A stretch of DNA of 64,000 nucleotides from Candidatus Gastranaerophilaceae bacterium. GTDB taxonomy: Bacteria; Cyanobacteriota; Vampirovibrionia; Gastranaerophilales; Gastranaerophilaceae. The translations under genes and the position numbers were made by a program. Positions within the stretch are counted from its first letter, which is position 1; every line of letters begins with the position of its first letter. The stretch covers positions 1,072-65,071 of the forward strand of contig JAZRSL010000038.1 in assembly GCA_045651505.1 (NCBI GenBank). Direction: 5' to 3'. The notes beneath the pieces are model-generated. The model did no database searches. It was given only the letters and a program-made list of their open reading frames with translations, and had not been told where the DNA came from. Of this stretch, positions 17,262 to 28,005 are shown piece after piece.

Positions 17262-19859
17262 ATGATAAATTTTGATAAGTTTACTAACTATTCACAAGAA
17301 ATCATTTTTGCAGCGAATGCAAAAAAAGATTTTTACAAAAATACTGAGGTTCAGCCAGAGCATATTATGATTGCGATGATTGAAGATAATGGTATTGCAA
17401 AAGATTATTTAGAAGAGTTAAAACTTTTAAACCAACATTTTATTAATGAAATTGTTGCTAAAATAAAAACTTTTCCAACTATTTCAGGCCCAAGCAGTTC
17501 ACAACAAGTCTTCTTATCAAAAGATACAAACACTCTTTTTGAAATAGCTTTTCAAGAAGCAGAAGCTTTAAAAGATGAATTTGTAGGAATAGAATGCATC
17601 CTTCTTGGAATGACAAAGCTAGAAAACTCATTTATCCAAGAGCTTTTAAAAAGACAAGGGGTAAATCCTAATTCAATTCTTAACGTTATGAAAAAAATAA
17701 GAGGTAATAAAAAAGTGGATAATAAAAATGCAGAAGAAAATTTAAAGGCACTTCAAAAATATTCAACTGACTTAACCGAACGCGCTCGCAAAGGCAAATT
17801 AGACCCTGTTATTGGCCGTGATGAAGAAGTGCGTAGAATAATTCAAGTATTAAATCGTAGAACAAAAAACAACCCTGTACTTATTGGAGAACCAGGTGTA
17901 GGTAAAACTGCTATTGTAGAAGGTTTAGCTCAAAGAATTATTCGTGGCGATGTTCCAGAAAGTTTAAAAGATGTGACCTTAATCTCTCTTGATTTAGGAG
18001 CGTTAGTTGCAGGTGCAAAATTTAGAGGAGAATTTGAAGAAAGATTAAAAGCTGTACTTAAAGAAGTTCAAGATTCAAACGGTGAAATAGTTATGTTTAT
18101 TGATGAACTTCATACAGTTGTTGGCGCAGGCTCTACAGAAGGTTCTATGGATGCTGGTAATTTACTAAAACCAATGCTTGCAAGAGGTGAACTACGTACA
18201 ATTGGCGCTACAACAATTAATGAATACCGTAAATACATTGAAAAAGATCCAGCCCTAGAAAGAAGATTTCAACCAGTTTTAGTTGATGAGCCAAGCGTTG
18301 AAGATACTATTTCAATCTTACGTGGATTAAAAGAAAAATATGAAGTTCACCACGGAATTCGTATCCTAGATAGCGCTCTAATCCAAGCTGCAAAACTTTC
18401 TGATAGATACATTACAGATAGATTTTTGCCAGACAAAGCTATCGATTTAATCGATGAAGCATCTTCTGCTTTGCGTATCGAAATCGATTCCATGCCAGAA
18501 GAAATCGATACAATGTTTCGTCAAAAAATTCAATTAGAAGTTGAACGTGAAGCCCTAAGAAAAGAAACTTCACCCGAATGTCTTGCAAAGATAGAAAAAT
18601 TAACTTCTGAAATTGATTCTTTAGATGAAAAAATTACAACATTGAAAACTCAATGGGAATTAGAAAAAAATACTATTTCAGGTGAAGCTGGAATTAAAGA
18701 ACAAATTGATAAAGTAAAAGTTCAAATTGCTGAAGCTGAACGTAACACAGACTTACAGCGAGCAGCTGAGCTTAAATATGGGAAGTTAATGGAGCTTGAG
18801 AAAAAGCTCCAAGCGGTTCAAGGTAAGGAAAAATCAGAGAACCAGCTTCTTAAAGAAGAAATTGACGGCGATGATATTGCAGAAATTGTGAGCAAATGGA
18901 CTGGAATTCCTGTTACTAAGCTTGTAGAATCTGAAATGCAAAAACTTTTAAGAATGGAAGATGTTCTTCACAAACGCTTAATTGGACAAGAAGAAGCTGT
19001 AGATACTGTATCAGATGCAATACGTCGTGCTCGTTCTGGCTTAAAAGACCCAAAACGTCCTATTGGAACATTCATTTTCTTAGGCCCAACGGGGGTTGGT
19101 AAAACTGAGCTAGCAAAAACTTTAGCAGAATTCTTGTTCAATGACGAAGATGCAATTGTGAGAATTGACATGTCAGAATATATGGAAAAACATAATGTCT
19201 CTCGTTTAGTAGGAGCTCCTCCGGGATATGTCGGCTATGAAGAAGGTGGACAATTAACAGAAGCTGTTCGTCGCAAGCCTTATTCTGTAGTACTTTTTGA
19301 TGAAATCGAAAAGGCTCATCCAGATGTTTTCAATATAATGTTACAAATATTCGATGATGGTAGATTAACAGATTCAAAAGGTCGTGTTGTTGATTTCAAA
19401 AACACTGTAATCATTATGACAAGTAATATCGGTTCAGATATTATCCTTGAGGATTCTTTAAATGCATCCCTTAATGGTGGTAATTTTGAAGAAACAAAAG
19501 AAAAAGTAAACGCAGTTATGCGAGAACGCTTTAAGCCAGAATTCTTAAATAGAGTTGATGAAACGATTTTCTTTAAAGCGCTTACTTTAGGTCAATTATC
19601 TGCAATTGTTGATATTCAGATGGAACATTTGCGTAACTTATTAAAAGAACATAATATGACTCTTGAAATAAGCGAAGATGCAAAAGAACTACTTGCTACA
19701 CGAGGATTTAATCCAATTTATGGTGCAAGACCATTAAAAAGAGTCATTCGACAATTAGTCGAAAACCCTCTTTCAAAGCAGATTCTTGCTCAAAAATTTA
19801 TTGACGGCGATTGTATAAAAATAAGCGTGGCAAATGACGAAATCTGCTTTGAAAAATAG
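17262..19859 (+). CDS. clpB: ATP-dependent chaperone/disaggregase ClpB
   Basis: Two AAA+ modules ([18 protein letters not shown]), a long coiled-coil middle domain and Clp_N repeats. The start is placed at ATG 17262 (GGAG 8 nt upstream; MINFDKFT is a typical ClpB N-terminus) rather than ORF-track 17238. Confidence 0.95.
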   Translation: MINFDKFTNYSQEIIFAANAKKDFYKNTEVQPEHIMIAMIEDNGIAKDYLEELKLLNQHFINEIVAKIKTFPTISGPSSSQQVFLSKDTNTLFEIAFQEAEALKDEFVGIECILLGMTKLENSFIQELLKRQGVNPNSILNVMKKIRGNKKVDNKNAEENLKALQKYSTDLTERARKGKLDPVIGRDEEVRRIIQVLNRRTKNNPVLIGEPGVGKTAIVEGLAQRIIRGDVPESLKDVTLISLDLGALVAGAKFRGEFEERLKAVLKEVQDSNGEIVMFIDELHTVVGAGSTEGSMDAGNLLKPMLARGELRTIGATTINEYRKYIEKDPALERRFQPVLVDEPSVEDTISILRGLKEKYEVHHGIRILDSALIQAAKLSDRYITDRFLPDKAIDLIDEASSALRIEIDSMPEEIDTMFRQKIQLEVEREALRKETSPECLAKIEKLTSEIDSLDEKITTLKTQWELEKNTISGEAGIKEQIDKVKVQIAEAERNTDLQRAAELKYGKLMELEKKLQAVQGKEKSENQLLKEEIDGDDIAEIVSKWTGIPVTKLVESEMQKLLRMEDVLHKRLIGQEEAVDTVSDAIRRARSGLKDPKRPIGTFIFLGPTGVGKTELAKTLAEFLFNDEDAIVRIDMSEYMEKHNVSRLVGAPPGYVGYEEGGQLTEAVRRKPYSVVLFDEIEKAHPDVFNIMLQIFDDGRLTDSKGRVVDFKNTVIIMTSNIGSDIILEDSLNASLNGGNFEETKEKVNAVMRERFKPEFLNRVDETIFFKALTLGQLSAIVDIQMEHLRNLLKEHNMTLEISEDAKELLATRGFNPIYGARPLKRVIRQLVENPLSKQILAQKFIDGDCIKISVANDEICFEK

Positions 19860-19861
19860 TA

Positions 19862-20416
19862 TTACATACTTAATGAAATCAAAACAAAAGAGGTCAAAAC
19901 TAACACTGTAATAGTAAACGCTATTAATAGCCTTACTGCGGGGTGAAACCCCAAAACCGCCTCTTCTTCAAGTTCAAGTTGACGTAAAATAGATTTAGAA
20001 AAATCTTTTTTTGCGTCATCTTTTGTTTTCTTAAAAGAATCACTCATAATCCTTCTTATATTGTAATTATCTTCTAATTCTTTTCGTGCTTTTTTATTAT
20101 TTATAGCAAATTTTTTAATTTTCAAATTTTCTTCATCAGACAATTCGTTATCTAAATAAGCCGATAAATTATTTTTAAAAACTCTATAATGTAGCGAAGT
20201 AGCTTCCTCCAAATTTTGCTTAGACGTCAAACACTTTTCTTCTAATTCCAAAGATCCATGCATATCTTTTAACATAGTACTAATTATTTCGAACTTCGCC
20301 TTGCAAGTCGCACAATCTTTAATATGCTCCTCAACCTGCTTCTTTAAATTACTACTTAAATCTCCATCAATGTAAAACGATATTAAAACATCCATTTGTG
20401 CACAAGTTAACTTCAT
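19862..20416 (-). CDS. Anti-sigma factor (zf-HC2 type) with a C-terminal TM anchor
   Basis: N-terminal H-x3-C-x2-C motif (EEHIKDCATCKAKF), a C-terminal hydrophobic helix, and a position immediately downstream of the ECF sigma gene. Confidence 0.75.
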   Translation of the reverse strand: MKLTCAQMDVLISFYIDGDLSSNLKKQVEEHIKDCATCKAKFEIISTMLKDMHGSLELEEKCLTSKQNLEEATSLHYRVFKNNLSAYLDNELSDEENLKIKKFAINNKKARKELEDNYNIRRIMSDSFKKTKDDAKKDFSKSILRQLELEEEAVLGFHPAVRLLIAFTITVLVLTSFVLISLSM

Positions 20417-20426
20417 TTTAATCTCC

Positions 20427-21011
20427 TTATATAAAATCTTTTAATTCTTGTTGTAATCTTAATCTTGCTCTTGAAATCCTTGATTTAACAGTTCCAATAG
20501 CAGTATTAGTAATTTTTGCTATGTCCTCATAACTAAGTCCTTCATATTCCCTTAATACAATCGTTAACCTTAAATCTTTAGGCAAAGTCATTAAAGCTAC
20601 CTTCACTAATTTTTCAAACTCTGCAAATAAACATTTTTCACCAGGCTCACACCCCATTTTATCTTTTATTAATTTTATTTTTTCTTCGTCATAATCGAAA
20701 ATTTCACTAGGTTTTTTACGCAAATAATCATTATAGATATTAACAACAATCTGATTCAGCCAAGGTTTAAACCTTGTTGAATCTTTTAACATATGCAACG
20801 ATTTCGCCATTTTTAACAATGCATCTTGTGTCAAATCAGAAACATCTTCTTTTTTGTCACATAGATGAGCAAAAATCGCATAAACTTCTTTTTGTGTCTT
20901 CTTTATTAATTCTTCCATTGCCCTAATATCGCCTTTTTGAGCAAAAAGAATAATAGATGCAATGTCAGCTTTTTTATAATTAGCTTTGGACATAACGTAT
21001 TGTAGATGCAA
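20427..21011 (-). CDS. ECF-type RNA polymerase sigma-70 family factor
   Basis: Region 2 (DLTQDALLKMAKSL...FKPWLNQIVVNIYNDYLRK) and region 4 HTH (LSYEDIAKITNTAIGTVKSRISRARLRLQ). The true start may be the internal MSKANYKK. Confidence 0.85.
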   Translation of the reverse strand: MHLQYVMSKANYKKADIASIILFAQKGDIRAMEELIKKTQKEVYAIFAHLCDKKEDVSDLTQDALLKMAKSLHMLKDSTRFKPWLNQIVVNIYNDYLRKKPSEIFDYDEEKIKLIKDKMGCEPGEKCLFAEFEKLVKVALMTLPKDLRLTIVLREYEGLSYEDIAKITNTAIGTVKSRISRARLRLQQELKDFI

Positions 21012-21058
21012 AACTAAATAAAAAAAAATTCAACATCAGGGTAATTAATAATACAATT

Positions 21059-21796
21059 TTATTGCCATAGACATTCTATCAAACATAAATCTTCATCAGC
21101 CATATTCTTTAATCTATGAATAGTTGTATTTTCATTTTTAAACTCAACTTGAGAAACCAATTTTTCTCCAAATTTAGCCTCTTTTTTATAAACCATATCA
21201 AGAGTTTTTATCTTATGGCTATTCTTGAACTCAAAACTTAATGGCTCAAATGCCCAGACAATATAATTACCATTATTTGCATGACCGTTAACATCCAAGT
21301 CATTATATCGAACTTCAAATTCTTTCTCCAAATCAGGATTTGAAATAAAAGTAATTTTTGCAAAAGCTAAATCATCTTCTCTTTTCTCAAATGCTTTCAT
21401 ATATGGACTATCTGGGATAGCAGTTGGAACAGGAACCATTGAACGTGAATCAATATCAACCATTGACCACATGCTGTGCATTCTTCCAAGAAGTTTTTCG
21501 CCTCGATATAATTCAAAATCACGAAAAGCAAAGAGCTTGTTATATCCCCGAGGCTCTGTTTTTAGAGTTAATTCTTGAATGTCAAAAGGATATTCATTGA
21601 ACTCCATACGATATTTAAGAAGAAACCAAGCATAATTCTTTGGATAAATAAATGAATATCCAAAACCTAAATCTTCAGCATTTTTGCTTGCAATATCTTG
21701 TAGAAAGTTTAACAACGCAAAAGGCTTCATTGCCAAATTTTGATCAATTTCAGAATACTTTAAACTTATTTTCTCTTCATATCCATTTAATATCAT
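21059..21796 (-). CDS. Acyl-[acyl-carrier-protein] thioesterase
   Basis: 245-aa double hot-dog pattern typical of FatA/B-like acyl-ACP thioesterases (YSEIDQNLAMKPFALLNFLQDIA..., second half YNDLDVNGHANNGNYIVWAFE). Confidence 0.8.
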   Translation of the reverse strand: MILNGYEEKISLKYSEIDQNLAMKPFALLNFLQDIASKNAEDLGFGYSFIYPKNYAWFLLKYRMEFNEYPFDIQELTLKTEPRGYNKLFAFRDFELYRGEKLLGRMHSMWSMVDIDSRSMVPVPTAIPDSPYMKAFEKREDDLAFAKITFISNPDLEKEFEVRYNDLDVNGHANNGNYIVWAFEPLSFEFKNSHKIKTLDMVYKKEAKFGEKLVSQVEFKNENTTIHRLKNMADEDLCLIECLWQ

Positions 21797-22131
21797 ATAC
21801 TGATTATAACATAAAAGGCTAAAAATGGGGAAAAAGAAAACAGGTCGGTTAATCCTTCCTGTTAAGATTTTACACTAGCCGAAATATAAATAGCAATTTA
21901 ATTATACTATAGAAAAATTAAAAACACAAATAATACAAACAATATTTTACGAAAATAACTTGATTTTACTAGTTATAAAAAACTTGAAATCTAATATATG
22001 AGAAAGTTCTAGTACGAGCATGGCAAAATCTATATTTTTGTAAATTTATGTAACAAATATATATTAATTATATACCTATTTGTCAATTTTCTTTACATTT
22101 TGGTTTTTATATAAGTAAAAGAGGAGCTTTC

Positions 22132-22614
22132 ATGACAAGAGCACTAGGTTCATTAGTATCTAATAAAGAAGCAGAAGCACTAAAAGAAATGATTTTCAAA
22201 CGTGCTACTGAACGTGCGCAAAGCATTGAGGCTGATATAAACCAAAGTTATACAACATCAGCTCAAAATGATATTATGGACCTTGCAAGAAATTCTTTTA
22301 TTGCAACAAAAAACCCGTTTTCAATTATAGAAAGCCCAGAAAAAAAAGAAGAAGCAAAAAAACAAGCGGAAAAAGAGGAAGAGGGAATTGGCTTTCCACA
22401 AAGAAGAGAAAATCAGGTTAAAAACAGAATTGAAGAGAAGAGCAAAGAAGAAAATGAAAAATATTCAGAACGTTTAGTTCTTGATGCTATGATTGATGCA
22501 CGAGTAGATTTAAGTAAAAAAACATCTTTTATGGGCGCTTTGAACTTCTTAAATTCACAAGCATCAATCGCGCTAATCAACCAAAGATACAGGAGGTTTG
22601 AAGCAACTGCATAA
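22132..22614 (+). CDS. Hypothetical Lys/Glu-rich protein
   Basis: 160-aa ORF with an AAAGAGGAG RBS. No recognisable family. Confidence 0.55.
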   Translation: MTRALGSLVSNKEAEALKEMIFKRATERAQSIEADINQSYTTSAQNDIMDLARNSFIATKNPFSIIESPEKKEEAKKQAEKEEEGIGFPQRRENQVKNRIEEKSKEENEKYSERLVLDAMIDARVDLSKKTSFMGALNFLNSQASIALINQRYRRFEATA

Positions 22615-22639
22615 AATCAAATAAAATCATTTTTATCCA

Positions 22640-22668
22640 TTGACTCACCCCTATTCATCTGCTATAAT
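22640..22668 (+). promoter_or_regulatory. Near-consensus sigma-70 promoter of the pilin-like gene
   Basis: TTGACT (22640-22645), exactly 17 nt, TATAAT (22663-22668). The ORF-track TTG start at 22640 is the -35 box. Confidence 0.75.
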
Positions 22669-22711
22669 AGATATATGGTCCGTAATTTATTATAGAGAAG
22701 AAAGGAATATT

Positions 22712-23443
22712 ATGATGAAAAAGAATGGTTTTACTCTTGCTGAGGTTTTAATTACCCTTGCAATCATCGGTGTTGTAGCTACTATGACATTACCAACATT
22801 AATGACAAATACTGGCGAACAACAAGCTAAAACAGGCTTAAAAAAAGGTATTAACATTTTAACAGAAGCTGCTCAAATGCATGAAACTCTTGAAGGTTAC
22901 AACTTCGCATCTTTAACTGGTACAAATAGTATGGATGATATTTCAACTACAACTATAACAGGAACAGATGGCTCAACTGCTAATGTAAACGGAGTAAACT
23001 CTTTAGTAGGTTTATTAAAAGAAAGAACAAAAATAGACTATAGCAAAACTAAGAGTGATGATATTCAAATAGGTGGTGCTGAAGACGCAAATGCTAAAAC
23101 TATCGTTTTTGCAGATGGTACCGCTTTGATATTTGACCCATCTGCACCTCTTGCAACAGACGTGTCTCAAATTAACGCTGGAGATAACTTGCCTAATGGA
23201 TTTAAAGCTATATTTGACACAAATGGAGCTAAAGGTCCAAACCTACTATCAAACTGCGTAGGCTTATTAGCTGGTGGCGATGATGAAGGACAAGTAAATA
23301 GCGAAGGTGAAGCTGTAGTAGTTGATGTTTCTCAATGTAATGATAAAGCTAAGCGTGTAATTAAGGACCAATTCCAAATTCAATTAAGAGGAAATGTTGT
23401 TCAACCTGTTGGTGCAGCAGCTACTTGGGCATTTGCTAACTAA
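22712..23443 (+). CDS. Prepilin-type N-terminal cleavage/methylation domain protein (type IV pilin / pseudopilin-like)
   Basis: MMKKNG|FTLAEVLITLAIIGVVATMTL is a class-III signal peptide with the invariant Glu at +5. RBS AAAGGA lies upstream of ATG 22712. Confidence 0.85.
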   Translation: MMKKNGFTLAEVLITLAIIGVVATMTLPTLMTNTGEQQAKTGLKKGINILTEAAQMHETLEGYNFASLTGTNSMDDISTTTITGTDGSTANVNGVNSLVGLLKERTKIDYSKTKSDDIQIGGAEDANAKTIVFADGTALIFDPSAPLATDVSQINAGDNLPNGFKAIFDTNGAKGPNLLSNCVGLLAGGDDEGQVNSEGEAVVVDVSQCNDKAKRVIKDQFQIQLRGNVVQPVGAAATWAFAN

Positions 23444-23462
23444 TCATTCTTTATAAAAATAA

Positions 23463-23499
23463 TAAAAAAACTCCTAAAACAAAAAGTTTTAGGAGTTTT
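23463..23499. terminator. Bidirectional terminator between the pilin-like gene and the PHP gene
   Basis: AACTCCTAAAAC-aaaaa-GTTTTAGGAGTT 12-bp stem flanked by A7 and T5. Confidence 0.8.
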
Positions 23500-23510
23500 T
23501 ATTAGCTTCT

Positions 23511-23592
23511 ATCTCTCCTAGGAGAGATGTTACGAAGTGGCAGAGAGGGTTCTATGGAAAATAAGCAAATTTCCTTCCCTGGAAGGGGAAGG
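23511..23592. repeat. Intergenic palindromic GGAGAG/GGGAAGG-type repeat unit
   Basis: Perfect 16-nt palindrome TCTCTCCTAGGAGAGA (23511-23526) and hairpin TTCCTTCCC-tggaa-GGGGAAGGGA (23570-23592). A related GAAGTGG...GGAGAGGGAAGG unit occurs at 27932-28005. Confidence 0.5.
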
Positions 23593-23654
23593 GAGTTTTC
23601 ACATCATCCCAACCTTCATAACCATTCACTCAAATAAAATCAACTTTTTCAACT

Positions 23655-24500
23655 CTAGACAATTAATTTCTTCAATATCGTCAAATCACTACTTTCAAAA
23701 GAAAACTCTTCACTACAGAGCTTGCCCAATGGAATATCTTTATTAGTACCGTGATAATCACTTCCACCAGAAATAAGCAGTCCATTTTCTTTTGCATATC
23801 GAGTTAGTAGTTCAATTTCTTTTTTAGAATATCTAGAATAATAGCATTCCAAGCCTTTTATACCATAATTAATCATTTTTTCTAATCTTGGTAAAAATAC
23901 TTCTTCAGAATCATGAGTTTCACCTTCTCCGCCTAAAGGATGTGCCCATACAGGGATTCCACCAGCATCTACAATTGCACTAATTGATTCTGCAATAGTA
24001 AACCTTGTATCACCAGCTTTACACCCATCAAGATATTTCTTCATAGCGCTCACGTTATCTGTAGCTAAACCTCGATTAACTAAAATATTCGCAATATGAG
24101 TTTTCACAACACTTTTTCTAGAATATAACCAATCTAATTCTTCATCATTTAATACAATATTCCAAGTATCTTTCAAATAATTGATTCGAGTTTCTAATTT
24201 TTGCCTGCGTAATACCTTACCTTTTTCAACCAAACTCAAAAGAGCTTTGTTTTTATAATCACAGCCATAGCCCAAAATATGACACTTAATATCTTCACTA
24301 TGACAAGTAAGTTCAATCGATGGGATAAATTTTACATCAGAATTTATAACAGAAGCCATTTCTTCACAGCCATTTACACTATCGTGATCAGTTAGAGCAA
24401 AAATCTTTACCCCTGATTTTTGTATTTTTTCAGCTAATTCCTTAATCGAATCACTTCCATCTGAATTATTACTATGTATATGCAAATCAGCTTTTTCCAT
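23655..24500 (-). CDS. PHP-domain metal-dependent phosphoesterase (TrpH/YciV-like)
   Basis: N-terminal ADLHIHSNNSDGSDS, TDHDSV, WAHP and GGSDYHG motifs characteristic of the PHP family. Confidence 0.85.
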   Translation of the reverse strand: MEKADLHIHSNNSDGSDSIKELAEKIQKSGVKIFALTDHDSVNGCEEMASVINSDVKFIPSIELTCHSEDIKCHILGYGCDYKNKALLSLVEKGKVLRRQKLETRINYLKDTWNIVLNDEELDWLYSRKSVVKTHIANILVNRGLATDNVSAMKKYLDGCKAGDTRFTIAESISAIVDAGGIPVWAHPLGGEGETHDSEEVFLPRLEKMINYGIKGLECYYSRYSKKEIELLTRYAKENGLLISGGSDYHGTNKDIPLGKLCSEEFSFESSDLTILKKLIV

Positions 24501-24730
24501 ATTTAAATAATAGTATAAAAATTCCTAAAAGCATAAAACTTGCTTTGATTTTTAATATTAAAAATTGTAACAATACACAACAAAAAGCTAAAGTTTTATA
24601 AAAAAATGCCGTCATGTTTCATGAAATAAACACGAATATTGAAAGGTTAAAAAAGAGGGCTATCTACATTAAATGTATGATTTTTCTTAATCCAACTACT
24701 AAAAAAGTATGATTTATATTCAAAAAAGAA

Positions 24731-24758
24731 TTGAACTTTTGTTACAAATTGTTACAAT
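24731..24758 (+). promoter_or_regulatory. Extended -10 promoter of the chaperone/usher-like operon
   Basis: TTGAAC (24731-24736), 16-nt spacer ending in TGT, TACAAT (24753-24758), 30 nt upstream of the first gene. Confidence 0.55.
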
Positions 24759-24788
24759 TACAGTGGATATCCCAATTGGAAAAATTTC

Positions 24789-25652
24789 ATGAAAAGATTA
24801 TTACTCACAACATTTACTGCAATTACGTTTGCGTGTATACCATCAGAGGCTTCTATGGTAGTTTTTGACTACATTGGAGAAACTTATGTTACACCTAATA
24901 ATATTGAGCGTACATTACTTGTAAATAGCGATGATGGGAAAAGCTATAACGTAGCTATAAGGCCTTTGGAAGAAGCTATCACCAGCCACGACGGTAAATT
25001 CTCTATCCCGCTTGAGTATTTATTTATTAATAACACTAGGGAAGATGTGTATTTCAAATACAATGAATTTTCAAATGTATTATGGCATCAAGACAACAAC
25101 GGTGCGCCTAAGAATATGACAGCTAAAATTAAAAACTTCGGTATCGTGCCTGCTGGAACATACAGTATAATGCTTGAGCTCCAAGCTACAGATATTCAAA
25201 CTGGCGAAATAGCTTCAGCATCTAGTTTTAATCTACAATTTATAGTACCAATCGTACACGAACTAAACACTTATTCTGAAACACCTAAAATAGTTGTATC
25301 AGCAAAAGATGTATTTAAAAAATCACAAAAAATAACCAATGAGGTTTCTCCTATGGTTTATATCCGTTCTAATACCGATTGGGTACTTACTCTAGATACA
25401 ACTGATTTTGGTGATGCGATAGGTGATTATTACGTTCGTACAACCGCTGGTTCAGCTAAGGTTACTTCAAGATTACAAGAAAGAGCTAAAATTACTCCAG
25501 ATAGAGAAATTATTTTAGCCAGAGGAAAAGCACCAGCAGAAAACGATTTTGTTACTGTTGAATTTTCTGTAGAAAGTCCTGCTAATGACGTTTTAAGGGC
25601 TGGTGATTATGTAAATAGAATTAAATATGTACTTAGAGAGGGTCAAGAATAG
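24789..25652 (+). CDS. Secreted beta-rich protein, putative fibre subunit/adhesin (operon gene 1)
   Basis: Signal peptide MKRLLLTTFTAITFACIPSEA. 287 aa and beta-rich, ending in AGDYVNRIKYVLRE. The stop overlaps the next start (TAGTG). Confidence 0.7.
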   Translation: MKRLLLTTFTAITFACIPSEASMVVFDYIGETYVTPNNIERTLLVNSDDGKSYNVAIRPLEEAITSHDGKFSIPLEYLFINNTREDVYFKYNEFSNVLWHQDNNGAPKNMTAKIKNFGIVPAGTYSIMLELQATDIQTGEIASASSFNLQFIVPIVHELNTYSETPKIVVSAKDVFKKSQKITNEVSPMVYIRSNTDWVLTLDTTDFGDAIGDYYVRTTAGSAKVTSRLQERAKITPDREIILARGKAPAENDFVTVEFSVESPANDVLRAGDYVNRIKYVLREGQE

Positions 25653-26473
25653 TGAAGAAGAAATTTTTAGGATTATTAATAGCGCTATCAGTTACAGTAT
25701 CGGCATACGCCTCAATTACTGTAACACCTACTAAAGTTGAAATAAATGCAAATAAAATTAGAAATAATTACGCAACAAGAGCTATTGAAGTAAAAGGATC
25801 TCCAGATAAACCTATGCGTTATAGAGCTTATACAGGCTATTTCAAGGTAAAAGAAAACTCAGAAGTAGTTTTTGCTGATGGAGAAAAAGATGAACATAAC
25901 ATTCAATCAAAAATCCGTTTTGTACCATCAGAATTTACAATTCCAGCTGGACAAGCTCAAAAAGTTAGAATCAACGTTGCAAACCTAAAAACATTGCCAG
26001 AAGGTGAATCTAGAGCAATCGTTTATATCGAAGACGTTGATGCAAAAGAATACAACGTACCTGTTTCCGCTGGAATCGGCGCACAACTAGTTCTAAAAAC
26101 TCGTATAGCTATTCCTGTTTACGTTGATAAAGGTAATTTTACAAAAAAAGCTGATGTTGAATCATTCGATATTGTTCGCAAAAATGACGGACTATATACA
26201 AAAATGAAGGTCGTTTCAACTGGCAACAGCAGAATAAAATATCACGGTATGATACAAATCATCGAAGGTAAAAAACTTATTGACGAATACACACTTGAAT
26301 CAAAAACTGTTTCTGGCGGTAGCTATTTAATAGCAGAACAAAAAGTAGAAACAGAAAAAATCTCTAAATCCGGTGATTATACTCTAAGAATGATTTTCTA
26401 TTACCTTGATGAAAAAGATACAAGAAAAAATATAAAGAAAGATGCAATATTAAGAATTACGGGTGAAATTTAA
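25652..26473 (+). CDS. Putative periplasmic PapD/CsuC-like pilus chaperone (operon gene 2)
   Basis: GTG start overlaps the upstream stop, with a GAGAGGG RBS. Signal peptide MKKKFLGLLIALSVTVSAYA. Two Ig-like halves show a chaperone-like strand pattern (ITVTPTKVEINA; FVPSEFTIPAGQAQKVRINV; ESRAIVYIEDV; LVLKTRIAIPVYV). Confidence 0.6.
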   Translation: MKKKFLGLLIALSVTVSAYASITVTPTKVEINANKIRNNYATRAIEVKGSPDKPMRYRAYTGYFKVKENSEVVFADGEKDEHNIQSKIRFVPSEFTIPAGQAQKVRINVANLKTLPEGESRAIVYIEDVDAKEYNVPVSAGIGAQLVLKTRIAIPVYVDKGNFTKKADVESFDIVRKNDGLYTKMKVVSTGNSRIKYHGMIQIIEGKKLIDEYTLESKTVSGGSYLIAEQKVETEKISKSGDYTLRMIFYYLDEKDTRKNIKKDAILRITGEI

Positions 26474-26496
26474 AAAACGAAAGGAAGGTACCCCAG

Positions 26497-27183
26497 ATGA
26501 AAATCTCAAAAATCACAAAGATTTTGCCTTTAGCGCTCGCATTATCTATGACTGGCGTTTTTGCGACAGAATCGACAACAGCGACTGTTAACTATCAGTT
26601 ATCATTAGAAGACTACATTAAAATTACAACTTCTACTGAAGAGCTAAGCTCTACAACAACATTTGGCGCAAACTACGGTTCTATCACTATCGATTCAGAT
26701 ATGACTGGTAAGTTTAACATTATTTCAAATGCAAAAACAAGAACTATGGAATTAAAAGCAACTAATGTTGATGGTGAAAACCCATTATATGCTGTAACTT
26801 TTGATAACGCAGCAGGTACTGGTACAGCAAAATTAGTTTTTGCTCACACAACAGAAATTCCTGATGGTACATCAATATCTAACATTACTGGTGAATCACC
26901 AGCTGCAGATAGCAACCCAAATGCTATCGCTTTTAACGTTACTTTAGGTCAAACTTATGCTCACGGCCCTGGAAGTATTGAAGGCGCTTGGGATGGCACT
27001 AACAAAAAAATCGTTTATACAATGAACAATGGTGTAAGTGATTTAACAATTAAAGTTGGTGGTAAAAACTTAGAAGACACATTCAATACACAAGACCAAA
27101 GCGGTACTTATAAAGCTGTATTGACACTAACTGACGTTGGCCCTGTAACAGCAGGCGGAGCTGATCCAGATCCACAAGGTTAA
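26497..27183 (+). CDS. Secreted Thr/Ser-rich putative fibre subunit (operon gene 3)
   Basis: RBS AAAGGAAGG and signal peptide MKISKITKILPLALALSMTGVFA. 228 aa, with a C-terminal SGTYKAVLTLTDV strand followed by a Gly/Pro/Asp tail. Confidence 0.7.
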   Translation: MKISKITKILPLALALSMTGVFATESTTATVNYQLSLEDYIKITTSTEELSSTTTFGANYGSITIDSDMTGKFNIISNAKTRTMELKATNVDGENPLYAVTFDNAAGTGTAKLVFAHTTEIPDGTSISNITGESPAADSNPNAIAFNVTLGQTYAHGPGSIEGAWDGTNKKIVYTMNNGVSDLTIKVGGKNLEDTFNTQDQSGTYKAVLTLTDVGPVTAGGADPDPQG

Positions 27184-27192
27184 TGCTAATAG

Positions 27193-27837
27193 GTGATTAA
27201 TTTGAAAAAGCTAATTTTACTAAACAGTTTAATATTAGTAATGAGTGTATTATTTAATACACCAAAAGCTTTTGCTGAAGCTACAGCGGTACAGACATTA
27301 TATTCGTCTGTACCGTCAGCTGTAGCTATTAATAAAACAGAAACAAATACTCAAGGAAACATCGACCCCGTATCCGGTAATATTCTTAATGACTTAAAAA
27401 CATCTTTCAATTTAAGTATAAACAGTTCAGAAGGTGAAACTAAAACCTACGATTTTTATTTTTACGCAAGAGTAAAAACTATTGATGGCGAAGAATCAGC
27501 TTTTGGGCCAAATGACATAATTTTATTTGGAAATACTTCTTCTTTTCCATCACAAACTGCGGTTAATAACGCAAAAAATGGTATCAGCGAAAATATGGAC
27601 GTAATTGGATACAAAGTCAAAATGATACCATCTTCAAATAATGATATGGTTGTTGAATACACTTCTACAAGTGAATACCAAGAATGCTATAAAGTTAGTT
27701 TCCAAAACGGAGCTACTAATGGAACTGTTGAGCAAATAATTAATGGTAGCCCTGTTACTGGAACTTATCTAATAGGTGAAGATTCTTCCGGCCCATATTC
27801 AACAACAGTTTATATAACAGCAATGCAAAAATTATAA
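27193..27837 (+). CDS. Secreted putative fibre subunit (operon gene 4)
   Basis: Signal peptide ...LILLNSLILVMSVLFNTPKAFA. 214 aa and beta-rich, with a C-terminal SGPYSTTVYITAMQKL. GTG start 27193, or alternatively TTG 27202. Confidence 0.65.
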   Translation: MINLKKLILLNSLILVMSVLFNTPKAFAEATAVQTLYSSVPSAVAINKTETNTQGNIDPVSGNILNDLKTSFNLSINSSEGETKTYDFYFYARVKTIDGEESAFGPNDIILFGNTSSFPSQTAVNNAKNGISENMDVIGYKVKMIPSSNNDMVVEYTSTSEYQECYKVSFQNGATNGTVEQIINGSPVTGTYLIGEDSSGPYSTTVYITAMQKL

Positions 27838-27931
27838 TAAATATCCCATTGAGCGGATGCTCAAAATAAGTGAATGAAAGTTAAATAGAGAAAAAGCAAG
27901 GATTTGCTAAAAACCAAGCGACGGATGGCTT

Positions 27932-28005
27932 GAAGTGGAACTTTAAAAGATTAGAGTGAGTTAATTAATCCCTCACACTAACCCTCACCTCAAGGAGAGG
28001 GAAGG
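27932..28005 (+). repeat. Structured intercistronic spacer (hairpin repeats) before operon gene 5
   Basis: Imperfect hairpins TAGAGTGAG-ttaattaatc-CCTCACACTA (27952-27980) and CCCTCACCT..AGGAGAGGG (27982-28001). The second overlaps the RBS of the 1014-aa gene. Related to the 23511-23592 unit. Confidence 0.5.

Noticed and set aside
22640-22711. N-terminal extension of the pilin-like gene from a TTG at 22640.
   Set aside because: That TTG is the first base of a consensus TTGACT-17-TATAAT promoter. The class-III signal peptide begins at ATG 22712, which has its own RBS.
23537-23746. 69-aa ORF between the pilin-like and PHP genes.
   Set aside because: It spans the palindromic GGGAAGG repeat unit, overlaps the 3' end of the PHP gene on the other strand, and has no RBS.
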